A stretch of DNA of 64,000 nt from Candidatus Latescibacterota bacterium (GCA_965222605.1 OZ244960.1:224001-288000); one strand, 5' to 3'; shown: positions 9,482 through 19,675, counted from the stretch's first letter. The notes: generated from the sequence alone by a model not told the origin. Numbers and translations: made by a program.

Positions 9482-10600
9482 ATGCTTAAGTCCTTCAAAT
9501 ACAGATTGCGCCCGACGAAGAAACAGGAGAAAATCCTGCTGGCGCACATTGAAGAATGTCGCTTGCTGTATAACCAACTTGTCTGTGCAAGAATACAAGC
9601 GTGGCAGCAAAAGCATCAGTCTTTATCCTGCTATGACCAGATAAAAACCATTCCATTGATGAAGAAACAACGACCTGAATTTACGCAAGTGTATAGTCAG
9701 GTGTTGCAACAGGTCGCGGTACGGGTTGATCTTGCATTCAAGGCGTTCTTTCGTCGTGTCAAAGCGCGGGCAAGGACGGGTGAGAAAGCTGGCTTTCCCA
9801 GATACAAGGGTCAGAATCGCTATGATTCGATCACCTATCCTCAGTTTTCCAATGGCTGCCGATTGGAAGATAAGGGCTTGCGATTGGGTAAGATAGGCTG
9901 TATTCGGATTGTGCAGCACCGACCCCTTGAGGGTATGCCCAAGTCTTGCAGTCTCAGTCGCACAGCCACAGGCAAGTGGTTCGCTACTATCTCTTGTGAC
10001 ATAGGCGACGCGCCTGAAAAAACAGACGCTGGCCCCGCTGTTGGCATTGACGTGGGACTTGATAATTTTGCTATGTTTTCTGACAGAGAGAAGATAGCCA
10101 ATCCTCGCTTTTTTCGTAAAGAGGAAAAGGTGCTTGCCAAAGCACAGCGCAAGTGGGATAAAATGAAAAAAGTGTCGCCAAAGAAACGGGAGAAAGCGCG
10201 TAAGGTTGTTGCCAGAGTGCACGAGCGTATCCGGAATAGACGACATAATTTTGTGCATCAAGAGTCTCGAAAGATAATAAATAAATACGGCTTTGTCGTC
10301 GTAGAAAAGTTAAAACCTAAAGAGATGCAAAAGAATCGTCGTTTATCAAAAAGCATCTCAGATGCAGCGTGGTCCCTGTTTCGGCATTGTCTCTCATACA
10401 AAGCGGAAGAAGCTGGTATTGGATTCAAGGCCGTTGATCCTGAATACACCTCACAAGATTGTTCTGCATGTGGACACCGCGAGAAGAAGGAACTCTCTGA
10501 TCGTGTGCATCATTGCAAGAAGTGTGGCTATACAGCAGACAGAGACCTCAATGCTGCGATAAACATATTGACTTTGGGATTACAAAGTCAGGCGGTTTGA
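9482..10600 (+). CDS. tnpB: RNA-guided endonuclease TnpB (IS200/IS605/IS607-type)
   Basis: KYRLRPT HTH; GFPRYK; RuvC motifs GIDVG, VVEKL, DRDLNAAINI intact; zinc finger CSAC...CKKC. Confidence 0.95.
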   Translation: MLKSFKYRLRPTKKQEKILLAHIEECRLLYNQLVCARIQAWQQKHQSLSCYDQIKTIPLMKKQRPEFTQVYSQVLQQVAVRVDLAFKAFFRRVKARARTGEKAGFPRYKGQNRYDSITYPQFSNGCRLEDKGLRLGKIGCIRIVQHRPLEGMPKSCSLSRTATGKWFATISCDIGDAPEKTDAGPAVGIDVGLDNFAMFSDREKIANPRFFRKEEKVLAKAQRKWDKMKKVSPKKREKARKVVARVHERIRNRRHNFVHQESRKIINKYGFVVVEKLKPKEMQKNRRLSKSISDAAWSLFRHCLSYKAEEAGIGFKAVDPEYTSQDCSACGHREKKELSDRVHHCKKCGYTADRDLNAAINILTLGLQSQAV

Positions 10601-10641
10601 CCGCCAAGAAGCCCAACTGTTTTAGCGTTGGGAGTAATCAC
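10569..10641 (+). ncRNA. Putative 3' part of the omega/reRNA scaffold and element right end
   Basis: Hairpins TGACTTTG..CAAAGTCA, GGCGGT..ACCGCC, CCCAAC..GTTGGG, ending GGGAGTAATCAC as in typical tnpB right ends. Confidence 0.65.
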
Positions 10642-10643
10642 AC

Positions 10644-10672
10644 TTGACTCATAGCTCAAAAGCTGGTATTGT
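10644..10672 (+). promoter_or_regulatory. Putative sigma70 promoter of cyoE
   Basis: TTGACT-N17-TATTGT. Confidence 0.5.
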
Positions 10673-10731
10673 TATGACTTCTAAAAATAAGTGGTGCTTT
10701 TGATCAACCTCTTTTTTCAGAATATACTTTT

Positions 10732-11613
10732 ATGAACGCCGAACTGGTACATACAAAAACATTTGTGAATGACTTATTTGTTTTAATTAAATTTCGAATT
10801 GGGTTGATGGTCGTGTTTAGCACTTCTGTGGGGTATGTGCTGGGCATGGGATATAGTCCCGATCCGATTCACATCTTCCATGTGCTATTCGCAACTTTTT
10901 TGACCACATCTGGCACAGGTGTTTTGAACCAGTTTATGGAACGCGAGCGCGATGCGAGAATGGGACGCACGGCTGACCGACCGCTACCCGCGGGACGCAT
11001 TGCGCCAGAATTGGCCTGTTGGTTCGGGCTAATTTTAAGTGGTATGGGCATTGTCTATCTGGGGGTGCTGGTCAACGGTTTGACTGCGCTCGTGGGCGCA
11101 TTAACTGTGGTGGTATATTTGCTTCTCTATACACCCTTAAAGCCCAAAACACCGCACAATACAACTATTGGTGCCATCGCAGGCGCACTGCCGCCAGTGG
11201 GTGGATGGACCGCAGCAACTGGCGTTTTGAGTGGCGAAGCACTGGCCCTGTTTGGCATTTTGTTTTTGTGGCAATTCCCCCATTTTTTATCCATTGCCTG
11301 GCTTTATCGAGAAGATTACGCACGGGGCGGGTTTCGCATGCTCCCCATAGAAGACCCGCAAGGCCATAGAACCGCCCATCAAGTGGTACTTTATACCCTG
11401 GTTTTGTTGTCGTGCAGCCTGATGCCGGCACTATTGGGTATGGCTGGTGTGGCGTATTTTGGCGTTGCCGTATTGCTCGGCCTGGGTCTGTTGTACGCCA
11501 GTTTGACCTTCGCACGATCGCGCACCGATGTGTTAGCACGCCGTCTGATGCGGGCAACGCTCATATATCTGCCCGTGTTGTGGACAGTAATGATGTTAGA
11601 CAAAATTGCGTGA
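10732..11613 (+). CDS. cyoE: Protoheme IX farnesyltransferase (heme O synthase)
   Basis: NQFMERERDARMGRTADRPLPAG; YTPLK; WQFPHF; YREDY. Confidence 0.95.
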   Translation: MNAELVHTKTFVNDLFVLIKFRIGLMVVFSTSVGYVLGMGYSPDPIHIFHVLFATFLTTSGTGVLNQFMERERDARMGRTADRPLPAGRIAPELACWFGLILSGMGIVYLGVLVNGLTALVGALTVVVYLLLYTPLKPKTPHNTTIGAIAGALPPVGGWTAATGVLSGEALALFGILFLWQFPHFLSIAWLYREDYARGGFRMLPIEDPQGHRTAHQVVLYTLVLLSCSLMPALLGMAGVAYFGVAVLLGLGLLYASLTFARSRTDVLARRLMRATLIYLPVLWTVMMLDKIA

Positions 11614-11645
11614 GACAAGTGTGCATCCGATTTGGAAGATACAGG

Positions 11646-11676
11646 AGGTGATAGGCTGACCTATCACCTTTCTTTG
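11646..11676 (+). terminator. Terminator/attenuator-like hairpin between cyoE and the ABC ATPase
   Basis: AGGTGATAGG-CTGA-CCTATCACCT followed by TTCTTT. Confidence 0.45.
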
Positions 11677-11677
11677 T

Positions 11678-12619
11678 ATGTGCGGGAGAAGTCAAGTGCA
11701 AGCAGCAATAGCTGTCGAAAATGTGAGTCACAAATTTGACGAGCGCGTGGCCTTAGACGGCATCACATTACAGATAATGCCCGGGGAAATGTACGGTCTT
11801 TTAGGCCCCAATGGAGGGGGAAAGACCACCCTATTTCGCATGTTGTGTACAATGCTGCCTCCCGATCACGGCACGATCTACCTGCTGGGCAAAAACGCCG
11901 CTGCCAATGCTGTGCGCGCACATATCGGGGTGGTTTTTCAGCATCCCAGCTTAGATGTGCGTTTGACCGTATTGGAAAATTTGCGCCATCAAGGCCATCT
12001 CTACGGTCTGAAAGGCCGCCCGCTCTCCCAGCGCATCGAAGAAGTACTGGACATGATGGCCCTCACAGATCGCGCAAAAGATCGGGTAGAAATACTATCT
12101 GGCGGATTACAGCGGCGCGTTGAACTGTGCAAGAGTTTATTGCACCGCCCCAAAATATTGATTTTTGATGAACCCTGCACTGGGCTTGATCCCGGCGCGC
12201 GGCGAGGGTTTTGGGACGATCTGGATATTTTGCGGCGGACCTATGGCACGACACTCGTACTGACGACCCATTTTATAGAAGAGGCCGAGCGCTGTGATCG
12301 CATTGGCATTTTAGATCGCGGACGGCTAATAGCCGAAGGCACGCCCGAGGCATTAAAGCGTACAGTAGGGTGCGAAGTGATTACCCTTGAGACACGCGAC
12401 CCCAAAAGCCTGCAATTGCAAATCGAAAAAGTTGTGGGACGCGATGTCCAGATAATTGACGGACAGGTGCGTATTGCCTGCGATGAAGGGCAGCGACTGT
12501 TGGCACAATTGTATCCTCTTCTGCGAGAGAATGTTCAGGCTATGACCTTGAGCGTGCCCACACTTGAGGATGTTTTTGTGCAGCGAACAGGACACGGATT
12601 TCACGTGGAGGATCAGTAG
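11678..12619 (+). CDS. ABC exporter ATP-binding subunit (DrrA/YadG-like)
   Basis: GPNGGGKT, LSGG, FDEP, TTH; true start may be GTG 11696. Confidence 0.92.
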   Translation: MCGRSQVQAAIAVENVSHKFDERVALDGITLQIMPGEMYGLLGPNGGGKTTLFRMLCTMLPPDHGTIYLLGKNAAANAVRAHIGVVFQHPSLDVRLTVLENLRHQGHLYGLKGRPLSQRIEEVLDMMALTDRAKDRVEILSGGLQRRVELCKSLLHRPKILIFDEPCTGLDPGARRGFWDDLDILRRTYGTTLVLTTHFIEEAERCDRIGILDRGRLIAEGTPEALKRTVGCEVITLETRDPKSLQLQIEKVVGRDVQIIDGQVRIACDEGQRLLAQLYPLLRENVQAMTLSVPTLEDVFVQRTGHGFHVEDQ

Positions 12620-13389
12620 TGCGAATGGCTTTCTGGTTGCCTGTAGTGTCGCTCTGGCGGCGCGAGTTGGTGCGCTTTGCCCGAGACCGCAATCGATTAT
12701 TCGGTGCAATAGGCCAGCCTCTGGTGTTCTGGTTGCTATTGGGAGCTGGTTTTGAAAAGTCTTTCGCGCCCCTGGGGATTTCCAGTGGATATCTGGAATA
12801 TATTTATCCGGGAATATTGTTGCTGATTTTGTTATTTACAGCGATCTTTTCGACCATTTCGGTAATTGAAGACCGGCGGGAAGGATTTATGCAATCGGTG
12901 CTGGTCGCACCCGTATCGAGGATCGGATTGGTGCTGGGAAAAGTTCTCGGCGGGGGAACCCTGGCCTTTTTGGAAAGCCTGGTATTTTTGGTATTTTTGG
13001 CATTTTTAGATATCCCAATCAGCATCGCGTCTCTGGGCATGACCCTCATTTTTTTAGCTATACTGGGGGTTGGCCTCACAGCTTTGGGCTTTGCGATAGC
13101 CTGGCAGGCTTCATCTACTGCGGGATTTCACGCGGTGATGAATTTGTTTCTATTCCCCCTATGGGTGCTCTCCGGTGCGTTTTTTCCCGCAGAAGGCGCG
13201 TCGCGCTGGCTGGCATACTTGATGGCAATAAATCCATTGACTTATGGTATGGATGGTTTGCGCCAATCTCTTTATCTCACAACATCCGGCGCAGATACCC
13301 ATTTGTGGTTTTGTGTTATAATAAGTGTAGCATTCGCGGCTCTGACCCTCAGCGCAGCCGTATGGCAAGTATGTCGAAAAGAAAAATAA
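12619..13389 (+). CDS. ABC-2 type permease
   Basis: DRREGFMQSVLVAPVSR, SGAFFP, NPLTY; ~6 TMs. Confidence 0.9.
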   Translation: MRMAFWLPVVSLWRRELVRFARDRNRLFGAIGQPLVFWLLLGAGFEKSFAPLGISSGYLEYIYPGILLLILLFTAIFSTISVIEDRREGFMQSVLVAPVSRIGLVLGKVLGGGTLAFLESLVFLVFLAFLDIPISIASLGMTLIFLAILGVGLTALGFAIAWQASSTAGFHAVMNLFLFPLWVLSGAFFPAEGASRWLAYLMAINPLTYGMDGLRQSLYLTTSGADTHLWFCVIISVAFAALTLSAAVWQVCRKEK

Positions 13390-13503
13390 ATAGGGGTTAG
13401 GGAATATCTCATATCTCCCCTCTTATAAAATTCTGGAACAGATATCTTATTTAATTGTTGGATATTATATTGACAGAATGAATCCCTGGCATATGGTCTT
13501 GTC

Positions 13504-14235
13504 ATGCAAAAACTAACACACCTATTATTTTTTACCTGTGTCTGTATGTCCTGCCTTGGTGGCTGTAGCTTGCTCGACCGTCAGCAAGGTCCCAAATTAC
13601 TGGATTTGCATACAGATCGCGGGCCTGACCCATCGGTGGGACGCGGGCAGGAAGTGCAAATTACCATCGTGACGGATGATCCAGATAATGACGAGTTGGA
13701 TTTTCGTTGGATTGCGACCGGAGGCGAATTTGCGGCCAGCCGTGCTGATACGCTGATTGATCTGTTTCAAGATTCGGTGACGGTCGTGTGGAAAGCACCC
13801 ATAGAACCCGGCGTTTATGAGTTGTTTTTAGAATTGGGTGACGGCCAATCTGAGACACTGGTGACCTCAGGGATGCGTATTGCCGTCACACAAGCCCCTC
13901 CCATTGCTGTTGTCGGTCCAGATCGGGAATTGGATTTTCTCGATGAGCTGCGCGTGGTTTTAGATGGCACTGGTAGTTCGGATCCAGATCAAGATGCACT
14001 GATGTATTTTTGGAAACAGACGGCAGGACCGCGCGTGGGATTGCAAAATAGCAGTGGCCCATCACCCGAGTTTTCGGTATCCGCACCGGCGGATTACATT
14101 TTTGAACTGCGCGTGGCGGACTTGATACAAGGGGTGGGCGATACGAGCAATGTGGCGGTTACACGGGTTCGCGTAACAGATCGCAATAGGCGCGTGACCG
14201 AGGCGGGCTTAGCTGAGTTGGGACGCGGGTTATAA
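13504..14235 (+). CDS. Putative lipoprotein with PKD/Ig-like domains
   Basis: LGGC lipobox; DPDNDELDFRW and LDGTGSSDPDQDALMYFWKQTAGP. Confidence 0.7.
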   Translation: MQKLTHLLFFTCVCMSCLGGCSLLDRQQGPKLLDLHTDRGPDPSVGRGQEVQITIVTDDPDNDELDFRWIATGGEFAASRADTLIDLFQDSVTVVWKAPIEPGVYELFLELGDGQSETLVTSGMRIAVTQAPPIAVVGPDRELDFLDELRVVLDGTGSSDPDQDALMYFWKQTAGPRVGLQNSSGPSPEFSVSAPADYIFELRVADLIQGVGDTSNVAVTRVRVTDRNRRVTEAGLAELGRGL

Positions 14236-14273
14236 CGAAAACACGAGCATCTATCTACATGACTTTTGGATTG

Positions 14274-14304
14274 AAGAGCAGGTAATAACCTGCTCTTTTT
14301 TTTT
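14274..14304 (+). terminator. Intrinsic terminator between convergent genes
   Basis: AAGAGCAGGT-AATA-ACCTGCTCTT + T-run. Confidence 0.8.
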
Positions 14305-16429
14305 AGAACAGACAGAGTTGATCGCGTGCGACGGGTTGGAACAGGGGAAACAGGCGGCGAAATTCGCTATCGGAAAATAGAACGCGAAAACGCTCGGCCA
14401 TATCGTGCAATCGGCGCAGCAAATAGCCCCGGTCTTCGTCGTGGGTAAAAAATTCCGCGCGAGAAAGGGTGCCGTCCTGGCACTGGTAAACCGCGATACG
14501 CTCGCCAATGCGACAGCCTTCGGCAGCCCTGGCAAGCCGCCTCAGATTCGAGTTGGAAAAGGTTTTTTTTGTAATGCGCTCAAACCGGCAAAAATCTTCG
14601 GGATCAATCTCGCCGTCTTGCAACTTGCGTCCAAGAGATAGATATGCGCGAGAAGCGGCGTCTGTATCGCCATCGACGAGCAAGGGCGCAATCTCTGCAA
14701 TAAACTGGCGAAAGATGCGCTCATCGCGTCGGCTTCGCAAGCTGCTGCCCACAAGCGATACACTACCATCGTAATCGACGAGAATATAATTTTTTGCTTT
14801 GAGACTGACCATCCCTTTGAAGCGACCATCGTGCGAGAGATGAATACCTGGGGGCAAGGTAGCCGAAATTTCCTCGATGAGTTGTTTTTCATCGGTCTCT
14901 GTTTTGACATGCGGTGGCGCGACAAAATAAGCCCCATCCGTATCCACTTCTATAATTTCCCCACCGGCATCGCGCAAACAGGCGACGAGTTGGCGGGCGA
15001 TTTGCTGGCCGATTTCGGTGATCTTCTGCGCAGCGTGGTAGTCGTTAAAACACGCGCGGCCGTACGCGAGATATCCGTAAAAAGAGTTGATGAGAATTTT
15101 GTAGCTACTCTGCAACCCATTCCAATATGCGCGGTCGGTTTCGTCACTGGCACTTTGAAAATTTGTTTTGGCCTCAAGACGTCGTTGTGTGAGATGTTCG
15201 AGCATGGGCAAAAAAGCATTTTCAGTATCGGTCACCGGACGGATCTGTTGGGTCAACATAATCGATGGATAAAGACTTTCAACATCGGCTTTGACCACGC
15301 GCTTAAAAATACCCGAAGCCACGAGGCGCGTATAGCCACCGCTAAATCCCTTTGAGGGACGCGGTTTGGGAATGGCGAGATTGCGCCGCAGATAAAGCCC
15401 AACCATGAGGGCGTTGATTTTCTCTCCCGGCCCGCTGAGTGCGGCGTCTTGAAAGCCATAGGGCAAAATCTGTGTCTGATAAAATTCGGTGGGAACGACC
15501 ACCTCGCTGAGTGCTTTGACATCGCGCACATCGTCGAGCGCGTAGTCAATGAGACGTTGCGGATTGGTGCGCCATGTGCGGGCAATATCTTCCCCATCGA
15601 CAAACGTGCGCCCTGCCCGCTCGAGACCAAGTGCGTGGATGACCTGCTTGAGGCCATAGCGCTCCAGCTTACCCCCGGTATCATAACGCTGCACTTGTTG
15701 CAGGGTATCGATAATGTGTCGCCCGTGGACATAAGCCGGGCGAAAGCCCGGGATTTGTGCCCCAACTTTGAAGACGCGCTGCCCGTTTCCCGCACGCAAT
15801 GCCGACCCGTCTCGCCCCCACCTGAGGGAAATGCCATAGTGTTGGGCGCGAGCGACGAGATAGGGCAAATCAAATTCAAATATATTATGGCCTTCAATCG
15901 TATCGGGGTTGCGCGCGTCAATTACCTTGTTGAGGTTGCGAAGCAAGTCTGCCTCGCTCATATCCGTAGCACTCAGCACAGTTTCAAAGCCACGCGAATC
16001 GGAAATTGAGATGAGAATGATTTGTGCATCGGGTGCCGAGGGATCAAGCGTGAGGGTCTCGATATCGAGTTGCAATCGGTGGAGGTCGCCGTAGCGCATG
16101 CCGCGAAAGAGGGTTTGTCCCGAAAGTGTCAGATGCTGCCGCACGGGATTATTAAAATTAAAATGCGGTATGCCATCCTGAGCGAGGCGGTCGCGTGCTG
16201 CGAGAAAATGAGACCAGTTGTGAAAGTGTATCCTCGCGCGAAATTCGCCGCCGCCTTTGAGACGCACACAATCCGAAACCCCGACAAAGCCAGACCGAGC
16301 GGACTCTTCGGGTGTCTCAACGAGCAACCACGGGGAAAAGGGTTGCAGGTGACAATTATCGCGCGTGTAGAGCGCCATCTGGTTGCCGCCGACAAGTTCG
16401 GCAGCGAGAACACCGGGGAGATAAGCCAT
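14303..16429 (-). CDS. Family B DNA polymerase with 3'-5' exonuclease
   Basis: Exo DIET, HNIFEFD, YALDD; Pol DVESLYPSIM, KILINSFYGY, VDTDG; ATG 16429 with GGAG RBS. Confidence 0.92.
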   Translation of the reverse strand: MAYLPGVLAAELVGGNQMALYTRDNCHLQPFSPWLLVETPEESARSGFVGVSDCVRLKGGGEFRARIHFHNWSHFLAARDRLAQDGIPHFNFNNPVRQHLTLSGQTLFRGMRYGDLHRLQLDIETLTLDPSAPDAQIILISISDSRGFETVLSATDMSEADLLRNLNKVIDARNPDTIEGHNIFEFDLPYLVARAQHYGISLRWGRDGSALRAGNGQRVFKVGAQIPGFRPAYVHGRHIIDTLQQVQRYDTGGKLERYGLKQVIHALGLERAGRTFVDGEDIARTWRTNPQRLIDYALDDVRDVKALSEVVVPTEFYQTQILPYGFQDAALSGPGEKINALMVGLYLRRNLAIPKPRPSKGFSGGYTRLVASGIFKRVVKADVESLYPSIMLTQQIRPVTDTENAFLPMLEHLTQRRLEAKTNFQSASDETDRAYWNGLQSSYKILINSFYGYLAYGRACFNDYHAAQKITEIGQQIARQLVACLRDAGGEIIEVDTDGAYFVAPPHVKTETDEKQLIEEISATLPPGIHLSHDGRFKGMVSLKAKNYILVDYDGSVSLVGSSLRSRRDERIFRQFIAEIAPLLVDGDTDAASRAYLSLGRKLQDGEIDPEDFCRFERITKKTFSNSNLRRLARAAEGCRIGERIAVYQCQDGTLSRAEFFTHDEDRGYLLRRLHDMAERFRVLFSDSEFRRLFPLFQPVARDQLCLF

Positions 16430-16554
16430 TGTGTTGCTCCAATTTGTTGCGGAAGAAGGGGAAAGCAACTTGTTTAAATATAGCCAATTTTTACCCGCCT
16501 TGCAATGTGGGGAGTTCTAAACCACGCAATCGCATATCCTATCAGGCCTTTTGG

Positions 16555-16583
16555 TTGACGTATAAATCTGTGCGGGCTATGTT
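16555..16583 (+). promoter_or_regulatory. Putative sigma70 promoter with no operator palindromes
   Basis: TTGACG-N17-TATGTT. Confidence 0.5.
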
Positions 16584-16636
16584 ATATGGAACTTGAGGAG
16601 GCGCAATTGCGTAAAAGCCAAGAGAGGAGATTTATC

Positions 16637-19600
16637 ATGAATAACACACGGTTCAATCAGAATAGTCGCGTACCGGCACTGATGATCGCAGTGATGTTTA
16701 TTGCTGGGACAATGATAATTGGCTGTGCTGAGCAAATAAATGTTGATCAATTTGCCTTTGAGGGCGGCATTGCGATAACCGATACCAGTAAAGTATCGCG
16801 CCATACGCTTCCACTGAAAATGCGCGATGGGCGCAGGTGGTGGCACGGCAGCGACGGGCTTTATTTACAAGATGGGGATGCGTGGCAAAAGTTCACATTG
16901 CCAGAGGGTGGTTCATTGGTGAGCATCAGTGCCTTTCTACAGGCTCGCAATGGCTCGGTATGGTTTGCCAGCTTGTATAAGGAACGCCCGGTTATCGCGA
17001 ACTTTATTGGCAAAACATGGCGGATATGGGACAACAAAACGGGTTTGGGAGAACACGGTATTGGATCAAAATTTGCCGAAGATACAGATGGCGGTATATG
17101 GATTCGCACGAGCCATAAAGATATTACAGCACGCGGTGGCTTTGATCGCGTTCAGGGCGGAAACGGAGTTTTGCACTTTGATGGTGAAACATGGCACAAC
17201 TATACCGTGGAAGATGGATTGATTCACAATCGGGTTTACGATGTAGAAGCCGATCCCAAAGGCGGGATGTGGATCGCAACCCTTCGCGGATTGAGCCATT
17301 ACAAAGATGGAAAATGGACATCTTACCTCGTCGATAATATTCCCGTTGAGGAGATACGCAGTGCTCATGTGTACGAGGGTCGCAAGATCTATGAGCTATT
17401 TTATGATCGAAAAGGCACACTTTGGGCTGTACATGGATCGCATCGCGGACGCACCATAACGCGGTGCAGAGGAGGGATTTCCAGCTTTGACGGCACAACA
17501 TGGACATACCAGGATGCTCATGCAGGATTGCCCATTCGCGCTTCTCGAAATATCTGGCAAACAGAAAACGGCGATTTGTGGTTTGGCACGCACTCAGATG
17601 ACCACAAAGTGGTAGAAGCCAGGGGATTGGTGCGTTATAAAGATGGAATGTGGCTGCGATTGACGCGCAGACACGGCATTCCCGGCGATTATGTGCGGAG
17701 TCTGATAGAAAAAGGAGATGGCTCTTTTTATTTAGATATGTACGGTATCGCGTCATACAGGCCACCTGTTGATAGCCTGACAACGATTTCGGGTAAGGTC
17801 ATTGATCAGCGCAACGCCCAGTCTGCAGCAAATATGGGAATATGGGTTGAATACGACGATGGCGAGGTGCATGCGGGGACCGTGACGGATGAAAATGGTT
17901 ACTATCGCGTTGAAGTCACCCCCGGATCGTATCGCGTGCGGATTGCGTCCAAAAATGCGGCGGATCCTGTGACTGTTGACGCCGGATCTGAGCGCGAAAT
18001 CGACAATATTGATCTCCTTTTGCTCAACTCGCGCCGCATCTCTGGCCGCGTACTCGACACATCGGATAATCCGATTGCCAATGCTGTCGTAGTGATTTCA
18101 GATGCTTCTTCAGGAGACCGACAATTATCTCCCCAGGTCGTCACCACAGATGCCAATGGGAAATTTGAAGGCTGGCAGGTCGCGGGACCACGGGCGACTT
18201 TTGAGGTCGCAGCAGCAGGATATGCACAAACCGCGCTAACAGTTGAAAATACAGCCAAAGACCAGATAGCGATTGCCCTGAAAGAAGGAATAACCCTGCA
18301 CGGTCGCGTTGTCGATGAATCCGACCAACCCGTCGCAGGGGCGCGCGTTGCCCAGGGGCGGTCCCCGATTCCTGGTGCGCAAGCCTCCGCATATACAAAT
18401 CCACCTCCCCTACCCTTTCACCACAATACCTATACCGATGCGTCGGGTTTATTTACTTTTGAGAATATAGATGTGTTCAAAGGTCATATCTGGGTAACCC
18501 ATCCCGAGATCGGAATCATGAGCCAAAAAATTGTACCTGCCGATAATACAATAAAACTCAAAATTGACGACGCGGGTCATGCGGTGATGGATATAGATAT
18601 CCCGGTGAGGCGTCTGCGTGTTTATTCTGTTTCAGGCGTGGTATCGCGAAATGAAGGTTCCGTAGAAGGCTTGAAAATCAGGGCCCTTTCATTTGAAAGA
18701 TCAAGTGGCCCTATTCATCCCAAAACGGCCCATACAGATGCTAACGGGGCATATCGTTTGAATGATCTGGAGCCAGGGGAATATTACATTTCCATGAGTG
18801 TACCCGAAGAAACGGAAATAGACGGGAACACGATGACAGTACATCGTCCTGTTCAATCTCGAATGCTGGTAATTGAAGACCGCGATGTAACGTTGAACTT
18901 TATACCCCTGGGTGACGCGCGAATTACAGGTATTGCGACTCACAACGGACAGCCTATTTCAGAAGTTTATGTAAGCACCCGTATTTTAGCAGATGATCCT
19001 GAGAATTTTGTCTCACTAAGTGGGGTTGACACAGACAAAGAGGGACGATTTGAATTGCGCGATATGCCTTCTGGACGGATTGCCATTTCTCTTCACAAAA
19101 TGGACCATCCCGGTTCTGGTGGAAAACAATGGAGCAAAGTCGATACTATCGATCTGACGGATACAAAAGAATTGAGTTACATGGCGTCATTGGATATGGA
19201 GGAACGCCCGCCTTTGAGCGTGGGAGATATCGCCCCTGAATTTGAGGCCAAACAGTTAGATGGTTCAACATTCCGACTCGCAGATTACCGCGGGGAAAAA
19301 GCCGTTTTGATTGATTTTTGGGCAACGTGGTGTGGCCCGTGTATTGATGAAATTCCGATGATCAAAAGAATTGCCGAAACGTATCGAGACCAGGGCTTGG
19401 AAGTTGTGGGTGTGAGTTTGGATCGGGATGAGCAGGCACTGCGAGATTTTGTTAAACAAGAAAATCTGAGTTATGTACAGGTATTTGAAAAAGAAAAAAC
19501 GCAGACGATTTCAAAATCCTATGGTGTATGGGGAATCCCATCGGTATTTCTGGTAGATAAAAACGGCGTCATCAACGCGCTGAATCTACGCGGAGAACGC

Positions 19601-19639
19601 ACAGAAGCGGCTGTGAAGAAGTTATTAGATACCAACTGA
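16637..19639 (+). CDS. Lipoprotein: regulator-type beta-propeller + carboxypeptidase-regulatory-like Ig domains + TlpA thioredoxin domain
   Basis: AGGAGA RBS; IIG-C lipobox; YTVEDGL/FDG.TW repeats; ISGRVLD..P..NA, TDANG.Y repeats; DFWATWCGPC. Confidence 0.85.
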   Translation: MNNTRFNQNSRVPALMIAVMFIAGTMIIGCAEQINVDQFAFEGGIAITDTSKVSRHTLPLKMRDGRRWWHGSDGLYLQDGDAWQKFTLPEGGSLVSISAFLQARNGSVWFASLYKERPVIANFIGKTWRIWDNKTGLGEHGIGSKFAEDTDGGIWIRTSHKDITARGGFDRVQGGNGVLHFDGETWHNYTVEDGLIHNRVYDVEADPKGGMWIATLRGLSHYKDGKWTSYLVDNIPVEEIRSAHVYEGRKIYELFYDRKGTLWAVHGSHRGRTITRCRGGISSFDGTTWTYQDAHAGLPIRASRNIWQTENGDLWFGTHSDDHKVVEARGLVRYKDGMWLRLTRRHGIPGDYVRSLIEKGDGSFYLDMYGIASYRPPVDSLTTISGKVIDQRNAQSAANMGIWVEYDDGEVHAGTVTDENGYYRVEVTPGSYRVRIASKNAADPVTVDAGSEREIDNIDLLLLNSRRISGRVLDTSDNPIANAVVVISDASSGDRQLSPQVVTTDANGKFEGWQVAGPRATFEVAAAGYAQTALTVENTAKDQIAIALKEGITLHGRVVDESDQPVAGARVAQGRSPIPGAQASAYTNPPPLPFHHNTYTDASGLFTFENIDVFKGHIWVTHPEIGIMSQKIVPADNTIKLKIDDAGHAVMDIDIPVRRLRVYSVSGVVSRNEGSVEGLKIRALSFERSSGPIHPKTAHTDANGAYRLNDLEPGEYYISMSVPEETEIDGNTMTVHRPVQSRMLVIEDRDVTLNFIPLGDARITGIATHNGQPISEVYVSTRILADDPENFVSLSGVDTDKEGRFELRDMPSGRIAISLHKMDHPGSGGKQWSKVDTIDLTDTKELSYMASLDMEERPPLSVGDIAPEFEAKQLDGSTFRLADYRGEKAVLIDFWATWCGPCIDEIPMIKRIAETYRDQGLEVVGVSLDRDEQALRDFVKQENLSYVQVFEKEKTQTISKSYGVWGIPSVFLVDKNGVINALNLRGERTEAAVKKLLDTN

Positions 19640-19675
19640 ATCTCAGGCTTCAAATTGAGCTTCTAATACGCATTC

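Noticed and set aside
14303-16429. Prophage or pipolin signalled by PolB
   Set aside because: No structural, integrase or att features nearby
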